Source: Shigella phage ESh27
Sequence record: ON528737
Length of the DNA stretch: 64,000 nucleotides
Reading direction: 5' to 3' (one strand)
In this document: in pieces, positions 18,914 through 28,428 of the stretch
How positions within the stretch are numbered: the stretch's first letter is position 1
Layout: each line of letters starts with the position of its first letter
Translations under genes and position numbers: made by a program
The notes under the pieces: model-generated
The model's database searches: none
What the model saw: the letters and a program-made list of their open reading frames with translations, nothing else
Told to the model about the DNA's origin: nothing

Positions 18914-18965
18914 GTTTACTTCTCCTCTGGTTTTGATATTATAACCATATCAACCAGAGGAGAAT
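18914..18965 (+). promoter_or_regulatory. early promoter inside 12-bp perfect inverted repeat (PeSL-like)
   Basis: -35 GTTTAC 18914-18919, -10 TATTAT 18937-18942; arms TCTCCTCTGGTT 18921-18932 and AACCAGAGGAGA 18952-18963. Confidence 0.5.
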
Positions 18966-18968
18966 AAT

Positions 18969-19217
18969 ATGTTAGTTTACCGCGTAGAACGTAGTTTTTG
19001 TACTCAACGTGAATCATTACCAGGAATTGCTATTGAAGACGGTAAAGCCGTCAGAATTTGGGAAACCTCTTGGAATAAAGAACCTCGTTCGCCATACGGT
19101 TGGTCGGGCACCGACAACTCTGAAGAAACATGGGAGTTCCTTGATAAACATGGAATACTCTCAGGTAATTTCTACCATCACGGCGACAACTATAATGTCC
19201 CTAATCGTCGAAGATAA
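18969..19217 (+). CDS. hypothetical protein
   Basis: 82 aa; SD GAGGAG. Confidence 0.4.
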   Translation: MLVYRVERSFCTQRESLPGIAIEDGKAVRIWETSWNKEPRSPYGWSGTDNSEETWEFLDKHGILSGNFYHHGDNYNVPNRRR

Positions 19218-19482
19218 ACTCCTTGAACAAAATATCTTAAGATACTATAGAATTGAGCACACATTTGAATTGAGTGAAGATTGGGCTCAAGGGTTCTATT
19301 TTGGATTTGAAAGTGTTGACGCGGTTTATGCATGGTTTGATGACCAGGTAGATGTTGAACTCTTGAAAGCTAAAGGATACTACATCGCGGTCTATGAAGC
19401 ACCTGATTTCATCCTCGGAAGTTGTCAATTAGTGTTCAGACGTTCATTGGCAGAACAAGTTGATTTTATTTTGCTAAAATGA
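19195..19482 (+). CDS. hypothetical protein
   Basis: 95 aa from internal ATG of the 19009 ORF; start uncertain. Confidence 0.3.
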   Translation: MSLIVEDKLLEQNILRYYRIEHTFELSEDWAQGFYFGFESVDAVYAWFDDQVDVELLKAKGYYIAVYEAPDFILGSCQLVFRRSLAEQVDFILLK

Positions 19483-19539
19483 TGTACAACAACTATGGTC
19501 TATGATACTATAGACCTATCAAAACAAGAGGAGAATATT

Positions 19540-19767
19540 ATGAAACGTCAAATCATTAAAAACGTAACTACTGATTCAAACATCGATGAGTTTGAAGATG
19601 TTCTGTTTAATCCTGATTTAGTTGTTGTACAGAAAAACTGGACTGAATTTTTATGCTACACTGAAGTGGTTTACGTTTACGAAAAACTCGGTGATGAAAT
19701 GCCTATCTATGGTATCTTCCGTGAAATCACTGAAAATGGTACAACTTATTGGAAGGAAACTTACTAA
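19540..19767 (+). CDS. hypothetical protein
   Basis: 75 aa from ATG 19540 with SD AAGAGGAGAA. Confidence 0.45.
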   Translation: MKRQIIKNVTTDSNIDEFEDVLFNPDLVVVQKNWTEFLCYTEVVYVYEKLGDEMPIYGIFREITENGTTYWKETY

Positions 19768-20177
19768 TGGCTAATAAATTCCGCGTTAACTCATGGTACC
19801 AATTTAAAGATAAACGTGCCCAAGAAGAGTTTATTAAAAACCACACTGATAATGGGATTTATGCACGACGTCTTGGCATGGAACCATTTAAAGTATTAGA
19901 TGTTGACCATCTTGGACGACCTACTAAAATTGTGACATCTACTGGCATGGTTGGATACGCAACTGGTGGTGATATTCTTGATGAAAACTTTATCTGGCTC
20001 TCTACTAGTGAAGCAGAGTTTTTTGATGAAGTTGGAAATCCATATCAAGCGTCTGAAGAGCAAGACTCTGGAGAACTTGATGAATTGTCCGAATTTCCGG
20101 TGATGACGATTACTATCGAAAATAACGACCAGGCATGGTCTTTGTATCAAATGTTGAAAACACATTTTAAGGAATAA
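19767..20177 (+). CDS. hypothetical acidic protein
   Basis: 136 aa from ATG 19767. Confidence 0.5.
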   Translation: MANKFRVNSWYQFKDKRAQEEFIKNHTDNGIYARRLGMEPFKVLDVDHLGRPTKIVTSTGMVGYATGGDILDENFIWLSTSEAEFFDEVGNPYQASEEQDSGELDELSEFPVMTITIENNDQAWSLYQMLKTHFKE

Positions 20178-20179
20178 TA

Positions 20180-20359
20180 ATGCCGTTATACGACTATAAA
20201 TGTCAATCTGAAGATTGTGGTCATGAATATGAAAAAATTAAAAGGATTTCTGAACGAGAAAACGATGTTTGCCCTGAATGTCATCGTCTGTCTACTCGTC
20301 GGGTTTCTGCTCCTAAACATGTGAACGGTGGTTTTTACGACTTACTTAAGAAGGGATAA
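20180..20359 (+). CDS. zinc-ribbon small protein
   Basis: 59 aa, below the ORF-track cutoff; two CxxC pairs (CQSEDC...CPEC). Confidence 0.5.
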   Translation: MPLYDYKCQSEDCGHEYEKIKRISERENDVCPECHRLSTRRVSAPKHVNGGFYDLLKKG

Positions 20360-20361
20360 TT

Positions 20362-20787
20362 ATGGCTTTTAAAGGTTTTGAAATTGGCAAGAAATACCGT
20401 ATTATCAAAGGTCAAGAAGATAATTTCTTGAGAATTCTTAATACGACTGGTAAACGTCTTAATACTAATCTGCATACTACTTTATTGTCCAAAGATTTTA
20501 TTGTGGAAGAGATGATTGGTTACGGCGTTTCGGTTATTGCTGTAGAAGCCGTAGGCGATTATGGCCGAACTATTCATAGTATGCAAGGTGATATTCTGCT
20601 TTATGGTGCAGAATTTAAATTCTTTGAAGAAGTTTCGGAACCAGATACAGCTGTCGATTTCAAAAAAGGCTCTATAGAATTTGTTGATGGTTCGGTGATC
20701 GTATCAGGCGATGTGGTCATTACAGTTAAAAGTGAACAAGGGCGTTTGGCTGCAATTGATGCACTTCAGAAAATTAAATTTAAATAA
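20362..20787 (+). CDS. hypothetical protein
   Basis: 141 aa; followed by GC hairpin + T-run terminator. Confidence 0.5.
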   Translation: MAFKGFEIGKKYRIIKGQEDNFLRILNTTGKRLNTNLHTTLLSKDFIVEEMIGYGVSVIAVEAVGDYGRTIHSMQGDILLYGAEFKFFEEVSEPDTAVDFKKGSIEFVDGSVIVSGDVVITVKSEQGRLAAIDALQKIKFK

Positions 20788-20805
20788 GGGCTTCGGCCCT
20801 TTTTG
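20788..20805 (+). terminator. intrinsic terminator
   Basis: GGGC-TTCG-GCCC hairpin + TTTTTG. Confidence 0.6.
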
Positions 20806-20850
20806 CTTTAGATTTCGGATGATAGAATACCTTCATAACGAGGAGACAAC

Positions 20851-22668
20851 ATGATTAAAAATGAAATTAAGGTACTGTCAGATGTAGAACATATTAAGAA
20901 ACGTAGTGGTATGTATATTGGTTCTTCTGCTAAAGAAGCACATGAACGTTTTTTGTTTGGTAAATATCAACAAGTTGAATATGTTCCTGGTCTGGTTAAA
21001 TTAATCGATGAGATTATTGACAACTCGGTTGATGAAGCTATTCGTACATCATTTAAGTTTGCAAATAAAATTGATGTGCAAATTAAAAATAATCAAGTTT
21101 CGGTGGAAGATAACGGACGTGGTATTCCTCAAGGTTTAGTTACCGACCAAACGGGTGAACAAATTCCTGGGCCTGTTGCAGCCTGGACTATTCCAAAAGC
21201 CGGTGGTAACTTTGGTGATGACTCTGAACGTAAGACTGGTGGTATGAACGGCGTCGGGAGTAGTTTAACTAATATCTTCTCTACGTTGTTTACAGGCATA
21301 ACGTCAGATGGCGAAAATGAAATCACTGTTAACTGTTCAAACGGGATGGAAAACAAATCATGGTCTTCTAAGAAATCTAAAGGTAAAGGCACTAAAGTAA
21401 TCTTCACTCCTGATTTCACTTCATTTGAAGAGCATAATTTATCTCAAATTTATTTAGATATTACTTTAGACCGACTTCAAACATTGGCAGTCGTTTATCC
21501 TGATATCAAGTTCACATTTAACGGTAAAAAGGTTGATGGTAATTTTAAACGATTTGCTAAACAATTTGGCGAAGATAATATCATTCAAGAAAATGATAAA
21601 GTCTCTATAGCATTCACAACATCACCAGATGGCTTCCGTCATTTAACTTATGTGAATAACATCCATACTAAAAATGGTGGACATCATGTTGAATGTGTAA
21701 TGGACGATATCTGCGAACATCTTTTGCCAGGTATTAAAAAGAAATATAAGGGTATTGAAGTCACTAAAGCTCGTGTTAAAGAATGCCTCACAATGTTGAT
21801 GTTTATTAGAGACATGAGTAACATGCGTTTTGATTCTCAGACTAAAGAACGTTTAACGTCAACATATGGTGATATTCGTAATCATATCCAATTAGATGCT
21901 AAGAAAATTGCTCAGGCACTTCTTAAAAACGAAGCCTTGATTATGCCTATTGTTGAAGCAGCATTAGCTCGTAAATTGGCAGCAGAAAAGGCTGCAGAAA
22001 CTAAAGCAGCTAAAAAGGCCACTAAAGCTAAGGTTCATAAGCATATTAAAGCTAACCAATGCGGTAAAGATGCAGATACGACATTGTTTTTAACAGAAGG
22101 TGATTCGGCAATTGGATATCTCATTGATGTTCGTGACCGTGAACTACATGGCGGATTCCCATTACGTGGTAAGGTGATGAATAGCTGGGGTATGTCATAT
22201 GCTGATATGATGAAGAACAAAGAGCTCTTTGATATCTGTGCTATCACAGGTCTTATTCTTGGTGAAAAAGCAGAGAATACGAACTATCGTAATATTGCAA
22301 TTATGACCGATGCCGATCATGACGGTCTTGGAAGTATCTATCCGGCTTTGCTTGCTTTCTTTAGTAATTGGCCTGAATTGTTTGAACAAGGACGTATTCG
22401 CTTTGTTAAAACGCCTGTAATTATTGCACAAATTGGCAAAACACAAAAATGGTTTTATACTGTAGCTGAGTATGAAGAAGCTAAAGATACACTGCCTAAG
22501 CATAGTATTCGATACATCAAGGGATTAGGCTCCCTTGAAAAGTCAGAATATCGTGAAATGATTCAGAACCCTGTGTACGACGTAGTTAAACTTCCTGAAA
22601 ATTGGAAAGAACTCTTTGAAATGTTGATGGGTGATGATTCAGAACTTCGTAAAGAATGGATGTCCTAA
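20851..22668 (+). CDS. 39: DNA topoisomerase II large subunit (gp39 with gp60 fused)
   Basis: 605 aa continuous; GHKL ATPase motif EDNGRGIP, TOPRIM LTEGDSA; covers both 39 and 60 of T4 in one frame. Confidence 0.9.
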   Translation: MIKNEIKVLSDVEHIKKRSGMYIGSSAKEAHERFLFGKYQQVEYVPGLVKLIDEIIDNSVDEAIRTSFKFANKIDVQIKNNQVSVEDNGRGIPQGLVTDQTGEQIPGPVAAWTIPKAGGNFGDDSERKTGGMNGVGSSLTNIFSTLFTGITSDGENEITVNCSNGMENKSWSSKKSKGKGTKVIFTPDFTSFEEHNLSQIYLDITLDRLQTLAVVYPDIKFTFNGKKVDGNFKRFAKQFGEDNIIQENDKVSIAFTTSPDGFRHLTYVNNIHTKNGGHHVECVMDDICEHLLPGIKKKYKGIEVTKARVKECLTMLMFIRDMSNMRFDSQTKERLTSTYGDIRNHIQLDAKKIAQALLKNEALIMPIVEAALARKLAAEKAAETKAAKKATKAKVHKHIKANQCGKDADTTLFLTEGDSAIGYLIDVRDRELHGGFPLRGKVMNSWGMSYADMMKNKELFDICAITGLILGEKAENTNYRNIAIMTDADHDGLGSIYPALLAFFSNWPELFEQGRIRFVKTPVIIAQIGKTQKWFYTVAEYEEAKDTLPKHSIRYIKGLGSLEKSEYREMIQNPVYDVVKLPENWKELFEMLMGDDSELRKEWMS

Positions 22669-22690
22669 GCTCCTTCGGGAGCTTCATTTT
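22668..22690 (+). terminator. terminator-like hairpin after gene 39
   Basis: AGCTCC-TTCG-GGAGCT hairpin followed by CATTTTAATTTT. Confidence 0.5.
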
Positions 22691-22710
22691 AATTTTAATA
22701 AGGCTTAATT

Positions 22711-23811
22711 ATGAAAGTTATGTTTATCCCATCTCGCGCAGTCCCGTTTAACCCAGAACGTGTACAAGGTGGTCTTGAAGCAGTACATTTAAATGTGTTG
22801 AAATATCTTGTGTCCATCGGTGCTGATATTGATTATATCGGCTTTGATAATGACACGTTTGGTGACTGGAAAGTTACACACCATCCTGTTGGTCATCTGA
22901 CTAAATTCAGTCTAGGTATGAGTTATACTATGGCTCGTAAGATTGTTGAACTAGCCGGCATTAATGAGTACGATTTCGTTGTTACAATGGAACCGACCAA
23001 ACTAACCGTTCAGGCAATTAAAGACGCAGGTCTCTCTAAAGTTCATAAGAATTTTATGGCAACACCATTTGAACCGGTATCTCGTGGCATTGTTCAAATT
23101 TGGGACCAGACTATTCAAATTCATAAGAATGGTGGTAAGAGTTATGCTCCTACTAAAGCCTTCCGTGAATTTGAACGCAAATATTGTTATATGACTTCAG
23201 GACTGACTGACAAAATTGATTATGATTATTGGCGAGCAAATCCGTTGTTTGAAGCCGAAGATTATCCGGTTATTTGTTTGACTGAAAAACCGGAAGTTCT
23301 CCCAGCAACTGATTTGATTATTAGTGCTCAACGTTATGACACTAAGATGCGTCGTACTGATGTTGCTCTTGAAGCGATTAAAGCATTAGGCGAAAATGGT
23401 ATTGGTTATTGTCCAAGCAAATGGGCACCACCAGCTAAGTATCCTGTTATTATTGATGCTCCACACAGTGAAATCATGGAACGTCTTAAAACAGCTAAAG
23501 CACTTATTAATACGTGTCCTGACACGGGTACGGTAGAGAATAGTTCTATTGAAGCCATCTCTAAAGGTGTCCCTGTAATTCAGTTAGTTTTTAAGGATTA
23601 TCCGCATGCGACATTCGAATATGACCCAGATACTGTGCGTGTAGAAATTGATTCCTCTACTCCTAAGAAAGAAGTAGTTGCGCTTTACACAAAAGCTGTA
23701 TTAGAATTCACTGACACGTACGAAGCTCGAGTTAAACGTGCTGAAGCAGTATGGAAGAAGTATAACCGAGATGCAGTTGTTGCAATGTGGGATAAAATCT
23801 TCACAGCGTAA
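22711..23811 (+). CDS. putative GT-B fold glycosyltransferase (candidate DNA sugar transferase)
   Basis: 366 aa; C-terminal TGTVENSSIEAISKGVPVI resembles the GT1/GT4 E-x7-E donor-binding region; sits between 39 and rIIA. Confidence 0.55.
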   Translation: MKVMFIPSRAVPFNPERVQGGLEAVHLNVLKYLVSIGADIDYIGFDNDTFGDWKVTHHPVGHLTKFSLGMSYTMARKIVELAGINEYDFVVTMEPTKLTVQAIKDAGLSKVHKNFMATPFEPVSRGIVQIWDQTIQIHKNGGKSYAPTKAFREFERKYCYMTSGLTDKIDYDYWRANPLFEAEDYPVICLTEKPEVLPATDLIISAQRYDTKMRRTDVALEAIKALGENGIGYCPSKWAPPAKYPVIIDAPHSEIMERLKTAKALINTCPDTGTVENSSIEAISKGVPVIQLVFKDYPHATFEYDPDTVRVEIDSSTPKKEVVALYTKAVLEFTDTYEARVKRAEAVWKKYNRDAVVAMWDKIFTA

Positions 23812-23903
23812 ATCCTGAATCGCCTGAGGCACTATTACACATAAGATGATAGATTATATGGTCTTTAGTAATAGTGCCCTAGGAATCTACTGAAGAGAAT
23901 ATT

Positions 23904-24104
23904 ATGAGAACATATAACGTGGACTTGGAACTTTTTGATAAAGCAGTGCTCCGGGAATTCCGGCTTATCCAAAGATTTTTTGATATCGAGTCAGCAGAGT
24001 TCTTTAAAGAACGCTTTAAAGAAATTCGATATAAAATACAAACCGATACAGCTACTAAAGAAGAACTTCTTGAAGTAGCAGAAATTTTTAAACGTAACTT
24101 GTGA
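23904..24104 (+). CDS. hypothetical protein
   Basis: 66 aa; overlapped by a longer antisense ORF, plus-strand copy preferred by operon direction. Confidence 0.35.
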   Translation: MRTYNVDLELFDKAVLREFRLIQRFFDIESAEFFKERFKEIRYKIQTDTATKEELLEVAEIFKRNL

Positions 24105-24116
24105 TGAGAGAAAAAT

Positions 24117-26330
24117 ATGATTATTGAAACGGCTAAAGAAACGATTATTGGTTCAGGCGGTAAGAGCACAGCATTCACTATTCAAGGCAATAGCAAAGTT
24201 TATAAGATTTTGTCTAATGACCTTTATACAAACAAAGAATTGGCTTGTGTACGTGAATTAATTACAAACTGTATCGATGGACAAATTCTTAATGGTTGCA
24301 CTGATAAGTTTATTGTTCAGGCTCCAGGTCGTTTAGACCCACGCTTTGTAGTTCGAGACTTTGGTCCTGGTATGAGCGATTTCACTATTCGAGGTAATGA
24401 CGAAGAGCCAGGAATCTATAACTCATATTTTGCTTCAACTAAAACATCGAGCAACGATTTCATTGGTGGATTCGGGCTCGGCTCTAAAGCTCCGCTAGCA
24501 TATACCGATACGTTTAACCTTACGTCTTATCACAACGGTGAAGTTCGTGGTTACGTAATCTACCAAGATGACACAGGTCCACAAATTAAGCCGACCTTTG
24601 TAGATAAAATGGGTCCTGATGACCGTACGGGTGTAGAAGTAGTTGTACCGGTTAACCCGGAAGATTTTGAAAAATTCGCATCCGAAATTGCATATGTTAT
24701 GCGTCCTCTAGGTGATATTGCAGAAGTTCGTGGTGTTAAAGATATTAAATACTTCCCAGAATTTGATGATGTATATTTGGCCAAGGAAGCTCCATGGGGT
24801 GAACGTGGTAACATCATGGCTGTTTACGGTGGTATTGTATATCCAATCGGAAGTGTTATTAAAGAACAAACATGGATGATGACGCGATGCACTACAGCTT
24901 ATATTAAATTCCCTATGGGTGAACTAGATGTAGCCCCGTCTCGTGAAGCATTGTCATTTGATAAACGTACAGTAGCAAATATCCATAAACGTGTTGCAGA
25001 AATCGATGCTAAATTGTTCGCTGAAGATTCTAAGAAATGGATTGATTGTAAATACCCACGTCATGTGTTCCGTGAAATTGATTCTCTTGGTTATACCGCT
25101 CGTAAATACATGGAAAAGGCCGGGTCTAATATTGAATCACTGAAATACTCTAAAGAACAACTAACTTATTCTGAGTTGTACAAACGTTTTAAAATGGGAC
25201 CTGAGTGGTGTAATCTTGGTGTCGTATACGATATCGTTGAATCCCCTCGTCTTCGTCGTATTCGTGAAAGTGGTAGCTCATCATCAACCATTTCAATTAA
25301 CAGCCTGATTGGCATTAACATTAAAAACGTTGAAATTGTTATTGACGACGTTAAGGGACGCGTTCCATTAATGCGAGCTCTTAATTCAATTGAAATGTCT
25401 AAAGACGAGGTTAAATTATCCGGTAAAGTTCCACGCGGTTTTGGTAAAAGCGTACTATTCGTTGACCCTACAGACGAAGATGCAATGAAACTTCTGGAAC
25501 GCCTTAAAGTTATCTTTGATGGCGATAGCATTAACATGTACAAGACTTCAGAGCTTTTACAAATCGTTAAGCCATGGATTGAAGTCAGGAAACGGACTAA
25601 TGAGCCTCGTCCTAAATCCCCAAGTGCTCATCGATTCTTTAAGAATGAAAACGATGTTTGGGTATCAGAAGACCTCTTTATTCCGGCAAGTGAAGCAGAT
25701 GAAATCCAAGGTTATGCTATAGTTCGTAATCGTTCTAATGCTGAATGTCTTGACGCAGATAAAGGTTGGTTGAACTATGACTCCAATTTCTTGACCCGTA
25801 TTGCTGATTTGTCAGGTATTAAAGAGTTCACTGTAGTTCGTCCACAGATTGCTAAGAAAGTTCGTAAACTTGGTGAAGTAGAATGTTTGTTTGAAAAATC
25901 AATTAATGACTATATTATGCTAATCGATAAAGTAGATTATGATGAGTATGTATCACCAAGTCGTAGAGCACAGCCTTATTTGAATCATATTACTCGTAAC
26001 GAAGAGCTTAATTTCCTTAGTAAGTATTTTAGCTCTAAGAACAAAGAAATCAGTAAAGACTTTGCAAAACTCTCAACAGTAAATAATCGTTGGGGATGGA
26101 ATCGATTCGCAGGTGCTACTAATACAGACCTGAACAGGAAGTTAGAATTGTGTGCTAAAATTTTCGATAAGCTTAAAGATAATGCTTACGATAATGATGA
26201 TAAAATGGTTATTGAATTCGAAACCAATTATCATATTGTGTCAGAATACATGGGACGACGTGGTACTCTTTCTAAAGAACAAGTCGCTCAAATCGTTAAA
26301 TTCATGAAGGCCGTGGAAGCGGCCAAATAA
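24117..26330 (+). CDS. rIIA: rIIA lysis-inhibition / membrane protector protein
   Basis: 737 aa; N-terminal GHKL-like region (ELITNCIDG, GGFGLGSK); size and position next to rIIB. Confidence 0.8.
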   Translation: MIIETAKETIIGSGGKSTAFTIQGNSKVYKILSNDLYTNKELACVRELITNCIDGQILNGCTDKFIVQAPGRLDPRFVVRDFGPGMSDFTIRGNDEEPGIYNSYFASTKTSSNDFIGGFGLGSKAPLAYTDTFNLTSYHNGEVRGYVIYQDDTGPQIKPTFVDKMGPDDRTGVEVVVPVNPEDFEKFASEIAYVMRPLGDIAEVRGVKDIKYFPEFDDVYLAKEAPWGERGNIMAVYGGIVYPIGSVIKEQTWMMTRCTTAYIKFPMGELDVAPSREALSFDKRTVANIHKRVAEIDAKLFAEDSKKWIDCKYPRHVFREIDSLGYTARKYMEKAGSNIESLKYSKEQLTYSELYKRFKMGPEWCNLGVVYDIVESPRLRRIRESGSSSSTISINSLIGINIKNVEIVIDDVKGRVPLMRALNSIEMSKDEVKLSGKVPRGFGKSVLFVDPTDEDAMKLLERLKVIFDGDSINMYKTSELLQIVKPWIEVRKRTNEPRPKSPSAHRFFKNENDVWVSEDLFIPASEADEIQGYAIVRNRSNAECLDADKGWLNYDSNFLTRIADLSGIKEFTVVRPQIAKKVRKLGEVECLFEKSINDYIMLIDKVDYDEYVSPSRRAQPYLNHITRNEELNFLSKYFSSKNKEISKDFAKLSTVNNRWGWNRFAGATNTDLNRKLELCAKIFDKLKDNAYDNDDKMVIEFETNYHIVSEYMGRRGTLSKEQVAQIVKFMKAVEAAK

Positions 26331-26339
26331 GGAAACATT

Positions 26340-27275
26340 ATGTACAATATCAAATGCTTGTCCCAAGAAGAACAGTTAGAAGCTTACGGCCTGGTTGAAT
26401 CAGGCAAATGGACTCGTAAAGAAATTGCCGATTACTTCGACATTTCAACAGATACTCTTCGTAAGATTGTTAAGAATTTTAAAGCTGAAGAGAAAGCAGC
26501 TGAATTTGAAGACGAAGAACAGATCCCAGAAAATGATGAACCTATTATCGGCGGACATCGTCCAGAAATCGTATGGAACGCGTCATCTAAATTTATTTCA
26601 ATCATTGAAGGACGCGTAGCATACAATGCGACCCCATCAAGTCATGCAAATTTTGAAGAAATTAAAACTAATCTGGTCGCAGGAAACCTTAGTAAAGCTG
26701 TTGAACTTATTAACGTCAAGAAAGCTATTACTAAGTTTGTTGACGGTAATGTTACTATTGAAGGTGGTAGTTTATTTTATCAAGGTATAGAAATTCGTTC
26801 AGGTCTGGTTAATCGTATTATTGATTCCATGGAAAAAGGCGAAGACTTTAAATTCTATCTGCCGTTCCTTGAAAACCTGTTAGAAAACCCGAGCGAAAAA
26901 GCTGTACAACGTTTATTCGACTTCTTGGTTGCAAATGATATTGAAATCACTGAAGATGGGCATTTCTACGCGTGGAAAGTAGTTCGTAAAGATTATTTAG
27001 ATTGCTATAGCGGTACATTTGATAACTCCCCAGGTAAAGTTGTTTCAATGCCTCGTACTCGTGTTAACGATGATGATACACAAACCTGCTCCCGTGGTCT
27101 ACATGTTTGCGCTAAATCATATATTCGTTACTTTGGTTCTAGCTCAGATAAAGTTGTTAAGGTTAAAGTTCATCCGCGCGATGTTGTATCTATCCCGGTT
27201 GACTACGGTGATGCTAAGATGCGTACTTGTCGTTATGAAGTAATTTCAGACGTTACTGAATTATTTGCAGAATAA
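26340..27275 (+). CDS. rIIB: rIIB protein
   Basis: 311 aa; N-terminus MYNIKCL and block GGSLFYQ...LENLLENPS...HVCAKSY; terminator follows. Confidence 0.85.
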   Translation: MYNIKCLSQEEQLEAYGLVESGKWTRKEIADYFDISTDTLRKIVKNFKAEEKAAEFEDEEQIPENDEPIIGGHRPEIVWNASSKFISIIEGRVAYNATPSSHANFEEIKTNLVAGNLSKAVELINVKKAITKFVDGNVTIEGGSLFYQGIEIRSGLVNRIIDSMEKGEDFKFYLPFLENLLENPSEKAVQRLFDFLVANDIEITEDGHFYAWKVVRKDYLDCYSGTFDNSPGKVVSMPRTRVNDDDTQTCSRGLHVCAKSYIRYFGSSSDKVVKVKVHPRDVVSIPVDYGDAKMRTCRYEVISDVTELFAE

Positions 27276-27280
27276 TAATT

Positions 27281-27302
27281 GGGGACTTCGGTCCCCTTTT
27301 TC
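27281..27302 (+). terminator. intrinsic terminator after rIIB
   Basis: GGGGAC-TTCG-GTCCCC hairpin + TTTTT. Confidence 0.7.
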
Positions 27303-27315
27303 TTTAGGGGTAATT

Positions 27316-27603
27316 ATGATTCATCCATTTGACGTATCAGAATCCAAAATTGCTAATCTTCGTGGTCATCATAAGTGTAAATCAGTTTATTGTGCTAAAT
27401 TGGTAAAACATCCTGGTGATGCACACTATGGCTGGTTAGAATGCGACGAAGTTGTTATTGAAATCCCACCGGTAGATGCTAACTATCTTGAAGAAGGAGA
27501 CCGCATTTATTTTGGCGAACTACACATCAGAGGTATCTATGGTAAAGACGAACTTGGGACTGTTGAGACTGAAGAATCTTCCGACATTTATCCTGTCGAA
27601 TGA
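27316..27603 (+). CDS. hypothetical protein
   Basis: 95 aa from ATG 27316, downstream of the rIIB terminator. Confidence 0.4.
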   Translation: MIHPFDVSESKIANLRGHHKCKSVYCAKLVKHPGDAHYGWLECDEVVIEIPPVDANYLEEGDRIYFGELHIRGIYGKDELGTVETEESSDIYPVE

Positions 27604-28096
27604 GTTTTTGACTAGTGAAATGAAAGTGAAGATTGCTGACACTGCTCGGTATTCATTGAGCCAAAATCCAGACCAAAACAAAGAAGATGTAGTTCGACGT
27701 TGTAAGGTTGCAGTCTTTGCAGAGTATGTAGTAGCAAATTGGCTAGACGGATATGTTAATAAAGGTAATGAAGACGTAGAAGACCCGTACACATATGCAT
27801 GGGACGTGTTAGCCCATCCTAAATATTGTGGAATTCGTGTAGAAGTCAAGACACATCAGATGGATTCTAAATGGATTTCTGTTACCACAGGATACAGTGG
27901 TGATTATCCGGGTGGCAACGGAATCAACATAGGGCCATTCCTGAATCATCGAGTTGCAGACTGTATTATTATATTGAATGTCAAAGAAACCTCACCTGAC
28001 GTCTTCTCTTATTCTATAAAGTTCGTGGGAGACCATGAAGACCTAAAGAAAATCGTTCGTAAGAGCAACTACAACGGGTGGTATCTTCAACTTTAA
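27539..28096 (+). CDS. hypothetical protein (DenB-sized; alternative start 27620)
   Basis: 185 aa if started at ATG 27539 (SD AGAGG); overlaps previous ORF by 65 nt; function unassigned. Confidence 0.4.
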   Translation: MVKTNLGLLRLKNLPTFILSNEFLTSEMKVKIADTARYSLSQNPDQNKEDVVRRCKVAVFAEYVVANWLDGYVNKGNEDVEDPYTYAWDVLAHPKYCGIRVEVKTHQMDSKWISVTTGYSGDYPGGNGINIGPFLNHRVADCIIILNVKETSPDVFSYSIKFVGDHEDLKKIVRKSNYNGWYLQL

Positions 28097-28108
28097 TTTC
28101 ATAAAAGT

Positions 28109-28145
28109 GTTTACAACTAAGTAGGACTATGATACAGTAGTCCTA
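28109..28145 (+). promoter_or_regulatory. early promoter within inverted repeat
   Basis: -35 GTTTAC 28109-28114; -10 region inside TAGGACTA...TAGTCCTA palindrome. Confidence 0.45.
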
Positions 28146-28164
28146 TCTAAAAGAGGATAACATC

Positions 28165-28428
28165 ATGAAATTTAAATTTTTCTACGCAAAACATAAAGTG
28201 ACAGGTGAGTTTGTTTCAATGTACAACACCGCAGACGACGAAGGGATGATTTATACCCATTTAGGCCTATCTCGTTGGGACTCGGACGTGCCTTATATGT
28301 CATCTGAAGCCGAAATAACTCGTCTGGTTAATGGACATATGAACGACCATTTTGGTGTTATTCTTTCTAAAGACCTTAAAGAGGTTATCAACAAAGGATA
28401 TATGGAACTCGCGGAAGTTGAGATATGA
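28165..28428 (+). CDS. hypothetical protein
   Basis: 87 aa after early promoter. Confidence 0.45.
   Translation: MKFKFFYAKHKVTGEFVSMYNTADDEGMIYTHLGLSRWDSDVPYMSSEAEITRLVNGHMNDHFGVILSKDLKEVINKGYMELAEVEI

Noticed and set aside
23879-24178. 99-aa minus-strand ORF overlapping the 23904-24104 plus ORF and the rIIA start
   Set aside because: Would run against the early operon direction and across the rIIA start; plus-strand ORF preferred with low confidence
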